Assembly: GCA_965223265.1 (NCBI GenBank)
Contig: OZ244999.1
Span: 3,232,001-3,296,000 of the forward strand
DNA length: 64,000 nucleotides
Direction of reading: 5' to 3'
From: Planctomycetota bacterium
Lineage (GTDB): Bacteria > Planctomycetota > UBA8108 > SXIK01
Made by a program: the position numbers and the translations under genes. The notes beneath the pieces were generated by a model that saw only the letters and a list, made by a program, of their open reading frames with translations, ran no database searches and was not told the origin of the DNA. Numbering within the stretch: the stretch's first letter is position 1; each line of letters starts with the position of its first letter. Of this stretch, positions 1 through 10,331 are shown piece after piece.

Positions 1-1
1 C

Positions 2-583
2 GACGCGGGTGTGCCGGCTGCGATTGAGAAAGCTGTCTCATTCACGATCGCCCTTTGGATCAATCGTCGCCGGAGCGACGGCGAGGCTTGCCTCATGGCA
101 TGGCGCGGAACCGACGCTCGCATGGAGCTTCGAGTGTCGGAGCGCGGTGCGCTCGTCCTGGGGTTCGATGCTGGCGACGAGACCAAAGTCGCGTCGAGCC
201 AGGAGAACCTGGTGTCGGTCGATGCCCGGGCCAGGCAGGAGAATTGGGTGTTCGTGGCCGTGACTTTTGATGCCACGAAGAAGCAGCAGCAGTTGAGCTT
301 TTATCGAGGCGACCGCGGCAGAGACGCGGCCTTGGCGGGCACCGCGGACCTACGCTTCGATCAGAACGTGCCGCGCACTTACGACCAGTTGAGCGTCGGT
401 GGGCCGGCGCCGAACGATGATCCGCTGCGGCGCGAGCGCCAGGCTTTTCTCGGTCTCGTTGACGAGGTCCAGGTCTTCTCTGATCCGTCAGGCGCCGGCG
501 CAGCCTTGGGCGTCGAGGCGCTTCGACAGCTGCAGGCACGGGACAGCGTCGAGACTCGCACGAAACCTGGGACTACCCGGTGA
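2..583 (+). CDS. C-terminal part of a LamG/concanavalin A-like beta-sandwich protein (5' end outside the window)
   Basis: Frame is open to the window start; LamG-like motifs SFTIALWI, WVFVAVTFD and FLGLVDEVQVF. Confidence 0.7.
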   Translation, partial: DAGVPAAIEKAVSFTIALWINRRRSDGEACLMAWRGTDARMELRVSERGALVLGFDAGDETKVASSQENLVSVDARARQENWVFVAVTFDATKKQQQLSFYRGDRGRDAALAGTADLRFDQNVPRTYDQLSVGGPAPNDDPLRRERQAFLGLVDEVQVFSDPSGAGAALGVEALRQLQARDSVETRTKPGTTR

Positions 584-712
584 AGTGAAGAACGTCGTCC
601 GTGAAAAAAGAATCCCCTCACCGGCGCATTCGCCTGTGAGGGGATTCCACGACTCTGGCATCACATTCAACACGCCCACAACGCTTTGACGCGTGCTGGT
701 ACGGGCAAGTGG

Positions 713-1441
713 TTACAGCTTGACCTTCTTTGTCTTGGCCTCGGCCTTGTCCTTACCCTTAGCTTTGGCTTCTTCCTTCTTGCCCTTCGCTTTCTTCTCT
801 TTGACGCCGACGAAGATGCCGTCCTTGAAGTTCTTGCCAACGTACTTCTTCTTGCAGTTGCCGCAGCAGAAGTTCACGGCTTCATGGCTGAGGCGGATCA
901 TGGCGTTTTCTTTCTTGCCGGGATTGTTACTGACCGGGCAGTTGCCGACTTCTCCGTCGAGGTCGACGCCATGCTTCTTCGCGAATTTCTTCGGGCAGTT
1001 GCCGCAGCAGAAGTAGAGCTTCTCGCCGTTGACGTAAAGGGAAGTGCCGGGGTTGTCTTTCGCCTTGCCGCCACTGACGGGGCACTTTCCGGGCCCTTTG
1101 TCTTTGGCCGCGAGCTTATTCTTCTTGATGTAGCCCGTTGGGCAATTGGGGCAGCAGAAGTGAAGGAGCTCGGCGGTTTCCTGGATCACAAGCTGCTCAG
1201 CTTTGCCAGGGTTGCCACTGAGCGGGCAGGCCCCAGCCTTTGCCAGGTCGATCCCACGCTGTTTGGCATAGTTCTTCGGGCAGTTGTTGCAGCAGAAGTA
1301 GACAGCCTTGCCGTTGACGCTCAACGAGATTTCTTTGTTCGCATCCTTACCGCTGACGGGGCACTTAGCCTTCTCCGCGGCGGCGCCGACGAGCAGAGCC
1401 GCAGGGAGGGCGATAGTGGCGACGATCGCTGCAATCCGCAT
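713..1441 (-). CDS. Exported protein with four TRASH/YHS-like metal-binding repeats and a Lys-rich tail
   Basis: Signal peptide MRIAAIVATIALPAALLVGAAA; four CP[VL]S...[YHN]FCCxNC units; AGGA upstream of the ATG. Confidence 0.85.
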   Translation of the reverse strand: MRIAAIVATIALPAALLVGAAAEKAKCPVSGKDANKEISLSVNGKAVYFCCNNCPKNYAKQRGIDLAKAGACPLSGNPGKAEQLVIQETAELLHFCCPNCPTGYIKKNKLAAKDKGPGKCPVSGGKAKDNPGTSLYVNGEKLYFCCGNCPKKFAKKHGVDLDGEVGNCPVSNNPGKKENAMIRLSHEAVNFCCGNCKKKYVGKNFKDGIFVGVKEKKAKGKKEEAKAKGKDKAEAKTKKVKL

Positions 1442-2059
1442 GTGAGTCCTCTTTTCTGGCGAGAGACGCGAGCCGGCGGGGCTCGGTCTCCTCGGGCCTT
1501 TCTGAAGGGAAAACTACCGTCCTGATCTCGAAACGCGCGACTTCATCGACTCGCAGGGCCTTCACTGTCGCCGCACACCTGGTTCGATCTCTTGTAGATC
1601 GTTGATCGAGCGCAAAAACCTGACGGGCGATCCTGCCGATGAGAAACCGTCGAGTCTCGTATCGAGGATATAGGGTACACAACTCCAAAAAACGAGCCGA
1701 AATCACTCGATCTAACCTTTCCAAGTCAGCTACATCTTATACCTGACAGTGGTCAAGCGGAGCAAGCCCCATAACCTCGCAAGTCGCTCCGTCTGCCGCA
1801 TCTGCGCGCGATTTCGCGCCGGGTGGGCGCGGCGCGCCAGCGGGTCTGCCTCCGCCCCAGCGGCACGGCCGGGGAACGTGCGGATCTGTCTGAGCTGAGT
1901 CGAATCTGTCTGGCCGCCTGGGCGCGCTGTCACTGTGACGATACATAGGCGAGACGCCGCACCACGCGGCGAAAGAGGAAACCCCTGCAGCGACAGCGAA
2001 ACAAGCGACGCCAGACGACGACACAACCGCCCGTCAGCAGCGCTACGGATTCGAGCGTC

Positions 2060-3214
2060 TTGCCGCTCACGCGCCCATACATCGGTGAAGAGGAGATCGT
2101 CGCCGTCACCGATGTGCTGCGCAGCGGCTGGCTCACGACAGGTCCGAGGCTGGCGGAGTTCGAGGCCGGCTTCGCCGCGATGATCGGGCGCGCCGAAGCG
2201 GTCGGGGTGAGTTCGTGTTCTGCGGCCCTGCACCTGCTGCTGCTCGCCCGCGGCATCGGTCCGGGCGACGAGGTGATCACACCGTCCTTCACGTGGCCGG
2301 CAGCCGTCAACATGATTCACCACGTTGGCGCACGGCCACGGTTTTGTGACATCGACCCGGCGACTCTGCAGACGACACCGGAGCATGTCGCGCGCGCTTG
2401 GACACCGGCGGTGAAAGCAGTCGTGCCTGTCCACTTCGCCGGGCGTTCGCTCGATGTGGACGTACTTTTGTCACAACTGTCGTCGTCGGCGCGGGAGCGT
2501 ACGCAGATCATCGAAGACGCCGCGCACGCTCTCGGCACATTCCGCAGCGGTACACCCGTTGGATCCTCCCGCTACGACGCGGTGTTCAGCCTCCATGCAG
2601 CGAAGACGATCACGACAGCCGAGGGCGGGATCATCGTGACATCTGATCCTGAGCTCGCCGCACGTCTTCGTCGGCTACGAATCCATGGTGTCGACCAAGA
2701 TGCGTGGCGCCGCAGCGGTGGCGAGCGGCAACGCACTTACGACCTTGACGAGCCTGGGTTCAAGTACAACATGACGGATTTGCAAGCGGCGCTCGGACTC
2801 GTTCAACTCGAACGCTTGAATTCCCTCGTCGGCCAACGGCGTGAGATCGCTGACCTCTACTTGAGGCGCTTGCGAAACATCGACGAGATCGAGCTGCCGC
2901 CGCCGGAGTCGTCGCAGGAGCTTCACTCTTGGCATTTGTTCACAATGCTGCTCCGACAGACGGCGAGAATCGGTCGAGACGATCTGCGACATGAGCTGCG
3001 GGCACGTGGCATTGCGACGGGGGTTCACTACCCTGCCGTGCATCAGTTGGCCTTCTACCGCGAGCGCTACCCGGCCGCTGCTGACGCGCTGCCGGCGACA
3101 GAGGACTGTGCTGCACGTGTCCTGTCGTTGCCTTTGTTTCCCGCCATGACGGCGCGGGATGTCGAACGCGTTGCGGCAGCGCTCGAGGACGTGTTCGCTT
3201 CGAGAGCGTTGTGA
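2060..3214 (+). CDS. arnB: DegT/DnrJ/EryC1/StrS PLP aminotransferase, ArnB-like
   Basis: SGWLTTGP, IEDAAHALG, FSLHAAKTITTAEGG (PLP Lys; ArnB has FSFHAIKNITCAEGG), GFKYNMTD, LSLPLFP; adjacent to an arnD-like gene. Confidence 0.8.
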   Translation: MPLTRPYIGEEEIVAVTDVLRSGWLTTGPRLAEFEAGFAAMIGRAEAVGVSSCSAALHLLLLARGIGPGDEVITPSFTWPAAVNMIHHVGARPRFCDIDPATLQTTPEHVARAWTPAVKAVVPVHFAGRSLDVDVLLSQLSSSARERTQIIEDAAHALGTFRSGTPVGSSRYDAVFSLHAAKTITTAEGGIIVTSDPELAARLRRLRIHGVDQDAWRRSGGERQRTYDLDEPGFKYNMTDLQAALGLVQLERLNSLVGQRREIADLYLRRLRNIDEIELPPPESSQELHSWHLFTMLLRQTARIGRDDLRHELRARGIATGVHYPAVHQLAFYRERYPAAADALPATEDCAARVLSLPLFPAMTARDVERVAAALEDVFASRAL

Positions 3215-3296
3215 GGCAGGCGAGTCGACCAGTCGTGTGTGTCCGTTGTGCGGAACGCGCATTGAGCCGGCGGTTCGGATCGATCGGTCGGTGGAG

Positions 3297-3325
3297 TCTT
3301 TCTCTTTCTCTTTCTCTTTCTCTTT
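3297..3325. repeat. Hexanucleotide simple repeat (TCTTTC)x4 plus TCTTT
   Basis: Read directly; lies between arnB and arnD, about 25 bp before the arnD start. Confidence 0.9.
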
Positions 3326-3350
3326 GTTCATTGTCTTTTGAATCGTTCGG

Positions 3351-4280
3351 ATGAACTCGCCGCCGCAACCGAATTCGCCGCCCTGCGCTGGGCTTCGCAT
3401 CGACGTGTGCACCTTTCACGGTCTGCGCTATGGCGTGCTGCCGCTCCTGCGACTCCTCGAGCGTGCCGGCGCGCGCGCGACGTTCTTTGTTGCCCTGGGC
3501 CCCGACCGCTCGGGCCGTGCGCTGCCGCGCTTGCTGACGAGTCGACCCTTTCGACGCAAGATGGTGCGGACGCGAGCCGCTTCCATGTACGGTTGGCGCA
3601 CAGCGCTCTACGGAACGCTCCTGCCCGCACCGATTGCTGGGCGACGATGTGCGCCATTGGTGCGGCAGATCGTTGCGGCCGGTCACGAACTGGGAATTCA
3701 TTCCTGGGACCATCGCACATGGCAGGACTCGTTAGACCGACGGAGCGAGGCCTGGGTGCGTCGTGATTACCGCCGCGCGATCGCGATGTACAGCGACATC
3801 GTCGGCCACCCGCCACCCGCCACAGCGGCGCCAGCCTGGAGAACGAATGCAGCGAGTCTGCTCGTCGCCAGCGAGTTCGGGTTTTGCTTCGGCAGCGACA
3901 CGCGTGGTCGCTTTCCGTTCTTGCCGCGGGTGCGAGGGCGTCAGCTCGCGATGCCACAGGTCCCCACGACGTTGCCGACACTCGACGAGATGCTCGGTGA
4001 GACTCACCGTACGGCCGCGGCCTACGTCGACGACATGCTCGAAGCGATCACGACGGCGGTGACTCCACAGGTGCACACCGCCCACGCCGAGGCTGAGGGG
4101 CGCGGTTACATCGACGCGTACGCCACTCTCCTCCAGGAGCTGGGGCGTCGTGGATGTCGATCCATGCCGCTGGGCGACCTCCTAAATGCATGTGGTCCGC
4201 TGCAATCCAGCGACGTCGGGCGTTCCTCAGTCGTGGGGCGCGCCTCTCCGGTTTGCGTCCAGCGTGCCGATGAACGTTAG
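3351..4280 (+). CDS. arnD: ArnD-like deformylase (polysaccharide deacetylase fold)
   Basis: GLRIDVCTFHG, ATFFVALGPDRSGR, LYGTLLPAP, HELGIHSWDH, QVPTTLPTLDE, HTAHAEAEG match ArnD motifs. Confidence 0.85.
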   Translation: MNSPPQPNSPPCAGLRIDVCTFHGLRYGVLPLLRLLERAGARATFFVALGPDRSGRALPRLLTSRPFRRKMVRTRAASMYGWRTALYGTLLPAPIAGRRCAPLVRQIVAAGHELGIHSWDHRTWQDSLDRRSEAWVRRDYRRAIAMYSDIVGHPPPATAAPAWRTNAASLLVASEFGFCFGSDTRGRFPFLPRVRGRQLAMPQVPTTLPTLDEMLGETHRTAAAYVDDMLEAITTAVTPQVHTAHAEAEGRGYIDAYATLLQELGRRGCRSMPLGDLLNACGPLQSSDVGRSSVVGRASPVCVQRADER

Positions 4281-4292
4281 GGGTAACTGTAA

Positions 4293-4395
4293 CAGCCTGC
4301 CTGAAAAAGTGCTTCGAGTCGAAAACTGGTCGCTTCGCGTCCAGATCGGCCGCGGCGACCAGTTTCTCGGCCGAATGACTTTTTCAGGCGGGCTG
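4293..4395. mobile_element. MITE-like palindromic element, family A (internally deleted copy)
   Basis: Terminal IRs CAGCCTGCCTGAAAAAGT / ACTTTTTCAGGCGGGCTG (one mismatch); GTAA direct repeat on both sides; homologous to 15911-16069 in inverted orientation. Confidence 0.8.
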
Positions 4396-4728
4396 GTAAG
4401 GCCGATCGCGAGGTGAGTTCTCACTCGCAACTTGCCCAACTCTCTTCTATCCTAACCGGCTGTTGAGAAGAGTCTTTGGCTGAACGCACGAAACTCTTCC
4501 TGACCAGATCGCTCGCATTCGTGGCCTTGCCGGCCTCTGCTCTGCGCCAGCCGATCCGAAAAGGAAGAACCGCGTGCTCGGCCTGTAGCACCTTTTTCCG
4601 GCACGTTTGCCAGCACGCGAGCACTGCGGGTCGCAGGGCGCCGTGTTGCGGCCGTCCGGGGAGAGCCGCGGTGCTCTCTGCGACACGTGTGCCGCGGGGT
4701 GCTGGGAGCGTAAGAGGTTCACATCGAT

Positions 4729-6198
4729 TTGGTCGAGACCACCGAAGAAGCCGTGGGTCAGGAGGTGGCGCAGCCGCGCTCGGTGCAGCCGCGTCGCGTG
4801 CGGTTTTCTCGCGAGGTCGCGCTCTACATCGTTCGCGGCATCGTGAGCCATTCACTGGTCGCGTTCTTCATTCTGGAAGCGGTCTTCGCGACCATCCTCA
4901 CGGTGCGCGTGACCGAAAAGGTGCCTCTGGGGTTCGTGACGATCGCGCCGGTGATCCTGAGCGCCCTCGGGGAGGCGCTGATCTATACCGTGCCGACGGC
5001 GCTTCTCTTCGGTAGTGGGCTGGTTGCTGGACGCCTGCGCGGCGACCGCGAGCTGCTGGCGCTCAGTAGCTTCGGTTTTTCCCCGGCACAACTGTTGGCG
5101 GCCGTAGCGCTTCTCGGAATCGTCCTGAGCGCGCTCGCGTACGAAGTCAACCAGCGTTGGGTGCCGCGGTTTCGCGACAACAACCGCAATCTGACCGGCT
5201 ACGTCTTGCGGCAGTTGCCGCGCATGGGGGAGGGATGGAACCTTCACTACGAGACCGACGAGTACGTCTTTTGGGTTCATCATCACCGCGGAGGTCTGCT
5301 CCAAAACATCTTTTTGACCTTGCGCCCTGGCGGCAGAGGTGGCCCCGTTTCTGCGAAAACCCTGGACCGAGTTGACTCGCCGACCTACCCGATCTACCTC
5401 TTCGCCGACCGCGCTGTTGCGCTCTCCGGGAGTGGCGACAAGAACGAATTTCAGATCCGCTTCGAGGATCTCAGCGTCTTTGTTGACGACAAGTTCTTCG
5501 ATTCGTCGTCGCGAGATTCCGACGCGGGTGCCGATCCGAATGCTGCTGCTGCCGACTCTTCTGAGTCTGCGGCGAGCGGCGGGGAGATCCAGCCCGCGAG
5601 CGCCAAGACAGAAGACGACGAGCTGAGCGGTACGCTCGCGTCGCGTGTCGACGCGAACGAGACACCTGCGGATCATGATCCTTATCCGTTTTTCCAGCGC
5701 GGTGATTTGTCGTCTTGGAAGTGGTCCATCCCGACCACGCAGAAGGCGCCGCGGGCCAAGGAAATGGATCGCTGGGCGCTTCTCGAGGCACGCCCTGGGC
5801 TGCTGGCCAATTGGCGGCGACTTGAGGCCCAAGAGGATCCGGACGCAAAGCGCGCGGCGAGAGCGTATCACGCGAACGTCGCCGAACCGCATCGGCGTCT
5901 CGCGACCGCGCTCAGTTGCCTGACGTTTCCGCTGGCGGCGTTCGCGATTGGGCTTGTCCTCCGCTCCAGCAACCGTCTGTTGCCGTTTTTCGTCTCCAGC
6001 ACGACGGTGCCGGCGATCTTCTTTTCGCTCCACCTTGTCGGCGTCCATCTGGCGGAGGAAGGAAAGATGCCTTGGCTCTCCCATCAGATGGGAAACATAG
6101 CGCTGTTTCTTCTCGTCGCCGTCTGTTGGTGTCTGGCGTCGCCGGGACTGTTGGGGAGCCTCATTTCTTGTTGGCGGCGGCGAGACGAGACGGCATAA
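4729..6198 (+). CDS. LptF/LptG-family LPS export permease
   Basis: Three N-terminal TM helices, GRLRGDRELLALSSFGFS motif, periplasmic domain, AEPHRRLA...FPL followed by three TM helices. Confidence 0.85.
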   Translation: MVETTEEAVGQEVAQPRSVQPRRVRFSREVALYIVRGIVSHSLVAFFILEAVFATILTVRVTEKVPLGFVTIAPVILSALGEALIYTVPTALLFGSGLVAGRLRGDRELLALSSFGFSPAQLLAAVALLGIVLSALAYEVNQRWVPRFRDNNRNLTGYVLRQLPRMGEGWNLHYETDEYVFWVHHHRGGLLQNIFLTLRPGGRGGPVSAKTLDRVDSPTYPIYLFADRAVALSGSGDKNEFQIRFEDLSVFVDDKFFDSSSRDSDAGADPNAAAADSSESAASGGEIQPASAKTEDDELSGTLASRVDANETPADHDPYPFFQRGDLSSWKWSIPTTQKAPRAKEMDRWALLEARPGLLANWRRLEAQEDPDAKRAARAYHANVAEPHRRLATALSCLTFPLAAFAIGLVLRSSNRLLPFFVSSTTVPAIFFSLHLVGVHLAEEGKMPWLSHQMGNIALFLLVAVCWCLASPGLLGSLISCWRRRDETA

Positions 6199-6382
6199 TG
6201 GCGGGCTGCCGTCGCCGGCTGCTGCATCGCCGTTGTAACTCGTTAGTCTGTAAGGCGTTGCCTCTGGCTGGCTGTTCTGAACCGAGGCTCCCGTCGAGCG
6301 CCGACGACACCGTGACTTGGCGCTGCAGCGACGCCGATTGACGGGGGAGTTCCGACCGAGAGCGAGAAGGACCGCACGTTCC

Positions 6383-9148
6383 ATGCCGCAGAATCAAGAT
6401 CCGTTTGGTGCTTGGCGCACCTTGAAGAGCGCTTCCGGGGAGGTTCGCTTCGCTCACCTGTCAGTGCTTCAGGACGCCGGTCTCGGAAATGTGGACTCAC
6501 TTCCCTTTTCGATCAAGATTCTGCTCGAGTCGGCCCTTCGGCAGGTCGATGGCTTTCAGGTCCAAGATGAAGACGTGATCGGGCTGGCGGCGTGGTCGCC
6601 GCAGTCTGCAGCCCGCAGCGAGGTGCCGTTCAAGCCGGCGCGCGTGCTCATGCAAGACTTCACAGGCGTGCCTGCGGTCGTCGACCTCGCTGCCCTGCGC
6701 AGCGCAACGGCACGGCTTGGCGGCGATCCCAAGCGCATCAACCCGATCGTGCCGGTTGATCTCGTGATCGATCACTCGGTTCAGGTCGACCGCTTTGGCT
6801 CGGCTGCCGCGTTCGAGTTCAACTCGAAGCGGGAGTTTGAGCGCAATCGCGAGAGGTACGAGTTCCTACGCTGGGGAGCGGAAGCCTTCGACAATTTTCA
6901 AGTCGTGCCGCCGGCAATGGGCATTGTGCACCAAGTGAACCTGGAGTACTTGGCCCGCGTCGTGCAGGTCCGCCAGACTCCTGACGGAGCTGTGGCGCTT
7001 CCGGACTCGCTCGTCGGCACCGACTCGCACACAACCATGATCAACGGTCTCGGCGTTCTGGGCTGGGGCGTGGGCGGCATAGAGGCTGAGGCCGCCATGC
7101 TCGGTCAGCCGCTGTACATGCTCGCTCCCGACGTCGTTGGGCTCAAGCTCGAGGGCGAATTGCCGCAGGGCGCCACGGCGACCGATCTCGTGTTGACGGT
7201 GACGGAGCTCCTCCGTGGGCACGGCGTCGTGGGCAAGTTCGTCGAATTTTGCGGTCCGGGGCTCGACCAGTTGAGTCTGGCCGACCGCGCCACACTGGCC
7301 AACATGGCGCCCGAGTATGGAGCGACCATGGGCTTCTTCCCAGTCGACGGGGAGACGCTTCGCTACCTCAAGGGCACGGGACGCCCCGCCGAGCTGCTCG
7401 ACCTTGTGGAGCGATACACGAAGGAGCAGGGACTCTTTCGTGCTGACGGTGTCCCCGAGTTCACCGAGCTGTTGACGTTGGACATGGGGTGCGTCGAGCC
7501 GTGCCTCGCGGGACCTAAGCGGCCGCAGGACCGCGTGCCGCTAGAAAAAATGAAAGCGTCGTTTCGCAGCGAGCTCGAACAGACGTACAACGTCGACCTG
7601 AGCTCGAGCGATGGCAGCGGCGGGACTGCCACGTCGACGGCGGTGCGAACGCGCAGCAAGACGAGGCAGCGAAGTTACGACACTTTCGCCGTCTCGGTCG
7701 AGGCGCGCGGTGTCGATACTGAAATCACCCACGGCGACGTTTTGATCGCGGCGATTACCAGCTGTACGAACACGTCGAATCCGTCCGTCATGCTCGGCGC
7801 CGGTTTGTTGGCGCAGAAGGCGGTCCAGCGTGGCCTCGACGTCGCCCGTCACGTCAAGACGAGCCTGGCGCCTGGCTCGCGGGTTGTTCGCAAGTACCTG
7901 GAGGCATCAGGGCTGCTACCCTACCTTGAGGCGCTCGGCTTTCATGTCGTCGGCTACGGCTGCACGACTTGCATTGGCAACAGTGGCCCAATCGCGGCGG
8001 AACTTTCGGACGCGGTGCAGTCGAACGAACTGGTTGCTGCCGCGGTGCTCTCGGGCAACCGGAATTTTGAGGGACGTGTCAATCCGGACGTCAGGGCGAA
8101 CTATTTGGCGTCACCACCGTTGGTGGTCGCCTACGCTCTCGCCGGCAGTGTCGACATCGATTTCGACTCCGAGCCGATCGGTACCGACCCGAACGGTGAG
8201 GACATTTTTCTTCGGGACATTTGGCCGAGTCAAGCCGAAGTGCGCGCCGCGGTCGAGCGGTCCCTGAGCCCTGAGATGTTCGAGTCGGAGTATGGCAACG
8301 TATTCGACGGCAATGACAGCTGGAACGCGATCCCCGTGGAAAAGGGCGATCTTTACAGCTGGAACGCGCAGTCGACCTATATCCAGGAGCCACCGTTTTT
8401 CACGCAGCTGACGCTCGAAGTGGCAGACCCCGCTCCGGTTCGTGACGCGCGCGTGTTGGCGCTCCTTGGTGATTCCGTCACGACCGATCACATTTCGCCA
8501 GCGGGGGCGATTAAGTCGGACGGGCCTGCCGGCGAGTACCTGTCGGCGAACGGTATCGACGAGCGAGACTTCAACTCGTTTGGTTCTCGCCGTGGCAACC
8601 ACGAGGTCATGATGCGCGGTACCTTCGCGAACATTCGCTTGCGCAACCAGCTGGTGCCTGGCGTCGAAGGTGGCTACACGCGGTGGCTGCCGGACGGTGA
8701 ACAGATGAGCATCTACGACGCCGCCATGAAGTACGCTGCCGATTCCGTACCGTTGGTGGTGATCGCCGGCACCGAGTACGGGACGGGAAGCTCGCGCGAC
8801 TGGGCCGCGAAAGGGACGATGCTCTTGGGCGTTCGCGCGGTGATCGCCGTCAGCTTTGAGCGGATTCATCGTAGCAACTTGATTGGGATGGGTGTTCTGC
8901 CGTTAGAGTTCAAGGCTGGGGAGAGTGCCTCGAGCCTCGGGCTGACCGGCGAAGAAACGTTTGATCTCGCTGGCATTGAGGCCCTGAAGCCGCGCCAAGA
9001 GATTTCAGTGACGGCGAAACGTCCGGATGGAAAGGAGGTGAGCTTCTCCGTCGTGGCACGAATTGATACACCTGTGGAGGTGCGATACTTCCAGCAGGGT
9101 GGTATCCTCAACACCGTGCTACGAGATATGGTGACGGCCAAAGATTGA
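6383..9148 (+). CDS. acnA: Aconitate hydratase A
   Basis: [65 protein letters not shown]; start set at ATG 6383. Confidence 0.97.
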   Translation: MPQNQDPFGAWRTLKSASGEVRFAHLSVLQDAGLGNVDSLPFSIKILLESALRQVDGFQVQDEDVIGLAAWSPQSAARSEVPFKPARVLMQDFTGVPAVVDLAALRSATARLGGDPKRINPIVPVDLVIDHSVQVDRFGSAAAFEFNSKREFERNRERYEFLRWGAEAFDNFQVVPPAMGIVHQVNLEYLARVVQVRQTPDGAVALPDSLVGTDSHTTMINGLGVLGWGVGGIEAEAAMLGQPLYMLAPDVVGLKLEGELPQGATATDLVLTVTELLRGHGVVGKFVEFCGPGLDQLSLADRATLANMAPEYGATMGFFPVDGETLRYLKGTGRPAELLDLVERYTKEQGLFRADGVPEFTELLTLDMGCVEPCLAGPKRPQDRVPLEKMKASFRSELEQTYNVDLSSSDGSGGTATSTAVRTRSKTRQRSYDTFAVSVEARGVDTEITHGDVLIAAITSCTNTSNPSVMLGAGLLAQKAVQRGLDVARHVKTSLAPGSRVVRKYLEASGLLPYLEALGFHVVGYGCTTCIGNSGPIAAELSDAVQSNELVAAAVLSGNRNFEGRVNPDVRANYLASPPLVVAYALAGSVDIDFDSEPIGTDPNGEDIFLRDIWPSQAEVRAAVERSLSPEMFESEYGNVFDGNDSWNAIPVEKGDLYSWNAQSTYIQEPPFFTQLTLEVADPAPVRDARVLALLGDSVTTDHISPAGAIKSDGPAGEYLSANGIDERDFNSFGSRRGNHEVMMRGTFANIRLRNQLVPGVEGGYTRWLPDGEQMSIYDAAMKYAADSVPLVVIAGTEYGTGSSRDWAAKGTMLLGVRAVIAVSFERIHRSNLIGMGVLPLEFKAGESASSLGLTGEETFDLAGIEALKPRQEISVTAKRPDGKEVSFSVVARIDTPVEVRYFQQGGILNTVLRDMVTAKD

Positions 9149-9291
9149 CAGTCCGTCTCGGGCGAAAGCGTAGACTTCTGCCCAGGCGTTCCAAAAAAGG
9201 GCCCGTCGGGAATCCTCGTGGCGGTCCCTCAACACTAGAGGAGTTAGGGTGTTGATGGAACGCAACAGCGAGGCGTGGCGAAGGAGAGAGT

Positions 9292-10329
9292 GTGAAGACG
9301 ATCGGTGCGACCCGCCGCGCGGTCCCACGTGGTCACAGCGGCGAATTCGAAACCCATTTGGCGCTCGAGTCGATCGACAGTCGTTCGGGGTTGTCCTGTC
9401 GCGTTGTGCGCATGCCTCCCGGCGTCGAGTCGTGGTATCGGGCCAACTTTGCGAGTGACCTTTACAGGCCGAGTCGTAGTTGGCCAGATGCCGAGTGCAT
9501 CTACGACCGCGCCCGGAGTCACGTCTACCGTCTGCCAGCTGGTCTCTCGCCGCCGCGGCCGGTGGAGCCGGATCTTGATGGTGATCCGGCGGATGTCAGG
9601 GCCGTGGACCGTTTGATCGTTAAGGAGGAAGTCTTTCCGATCCCGTCGAATCGTCTGTTCACGCGTCCACGCTCCCAGCGTGAGTTTTGTAACCTGCGGC
9701 ACTTGAGGGCGATTGGCCTGCCGGCAGTAGAGCCGATCTGCTTTGGCTATGAAGGTTTCACTGGATTCTATTCACGCGTGTTTACGATGACGGTCGAGTT
9801 CAGCGATTCGATGACGCTCAAGGAGTGGGTGAGCGACCGGCGGGATCCGCGTCGTCGCGACGTCGCCAGAGATGTTGGAGCCTACACGTGCGATCGTCAG
9901 GGGGTATTTCGTGCCCTCTCCTCTTTGGCACCACGTCTGGCGGCCGCGCATCGTCGTGGATGCTATCTGCGGACGCTGTATGCGAAGAACGTCCTGATTC
10001 GGCCGTGCGGTACGGAAGTCGAGCTTGCTCTCTGTGACACGCCGAGGGTGTGGCAGTCGCGCCAGAGGAGATTCTACTTCACGCCGGCGTGCTTCGATCT
10101 CGCCACTCTCGACAAATGCCTCCGCCGCGTCTTTGGTGAGTCCGAGCGAGAGCACCTATTCGATCGTTACTTGAGTGCGTTGGGAGAGGGACCATCGCGC
10201 GTCATGTGGATGAGGCGACTTCGGCTCATGTCTTCCTATCTGGGGTACCGCAGTCCGGTGGGCAGAATGAAGGAAGTCGTGAGAAGGTCGTGCCGCGCGG
10301 TGAGGCGCGGATTTGGAGGCAGGGCGTAG
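9292..10329 (+). CDS. Lipopolysaccharide kinase-like protein (InaA/Kdo/WaaP family)
   Basis: IVKEE, REFCNLRHLRAIGLPAVEP, AHRRGCYLRTLYAKNVL, ALCD, DLATLD, FDRYL. Confidence 0.7.
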   Translation: MKTIGATRRAVPRGHSGEFETHLALESIDSRSGLSCRVVRMPPGVESWYRANFASDLYRPSRSWPDAECIYDRARSHVYRLPAGLSPPRPVEPDLDGDPADVRAVDRLIVKEEVFPIPSNRLFTRPRSQREFCNLRHLRAIGLPAVEPICFGYEGFTGFYSRVFTMTVEFSDSMTLKEWVSDRRDPRRRDVARDVGAYTCDRQGVFRALSSLAPRLAAAHRRGCYLRTLYAKNVLIRPCGTEVELALCDTPRVWQSRQRRFYFTPACFDLATLDKCLRRVFGESEREHLFDRYLSALGEGPSRVMWMRRLRLMSSYLGYRSPVGRMKEVVRRSCRAVRRGFGGRA

Positions 10330-10331
10330 CG

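Noticed and set aside
686-1525. 279-aa hydrophobic ORF on the + strand
   Set aside because: Antisense shadow of the Lys/Cys-rich TRASH-like gene; its Leu/Phe richness mirrors AAG codons
4451-4475. CTAA-CCGGCTGTTGAGAAGAG, resembling a MITE family A end
   Set aside because: Too degenerate and no matching opposite end found
6234-6261. GTAACTCGTTA-N5-AAGGCGTTGC imperfect palindrome upstream of acnA
   Set aside because: Weak symmetry and no assignable regulator; cannot be distinguished from chance by eye
4852-6384. 510-aa minus-strand ORF (likewise 12530-13393, 42351-43805 and 40636-41544)
   Set aside because: Arg-rich antisense frames overlapping well-supported genes, as expected in high-GC DNA
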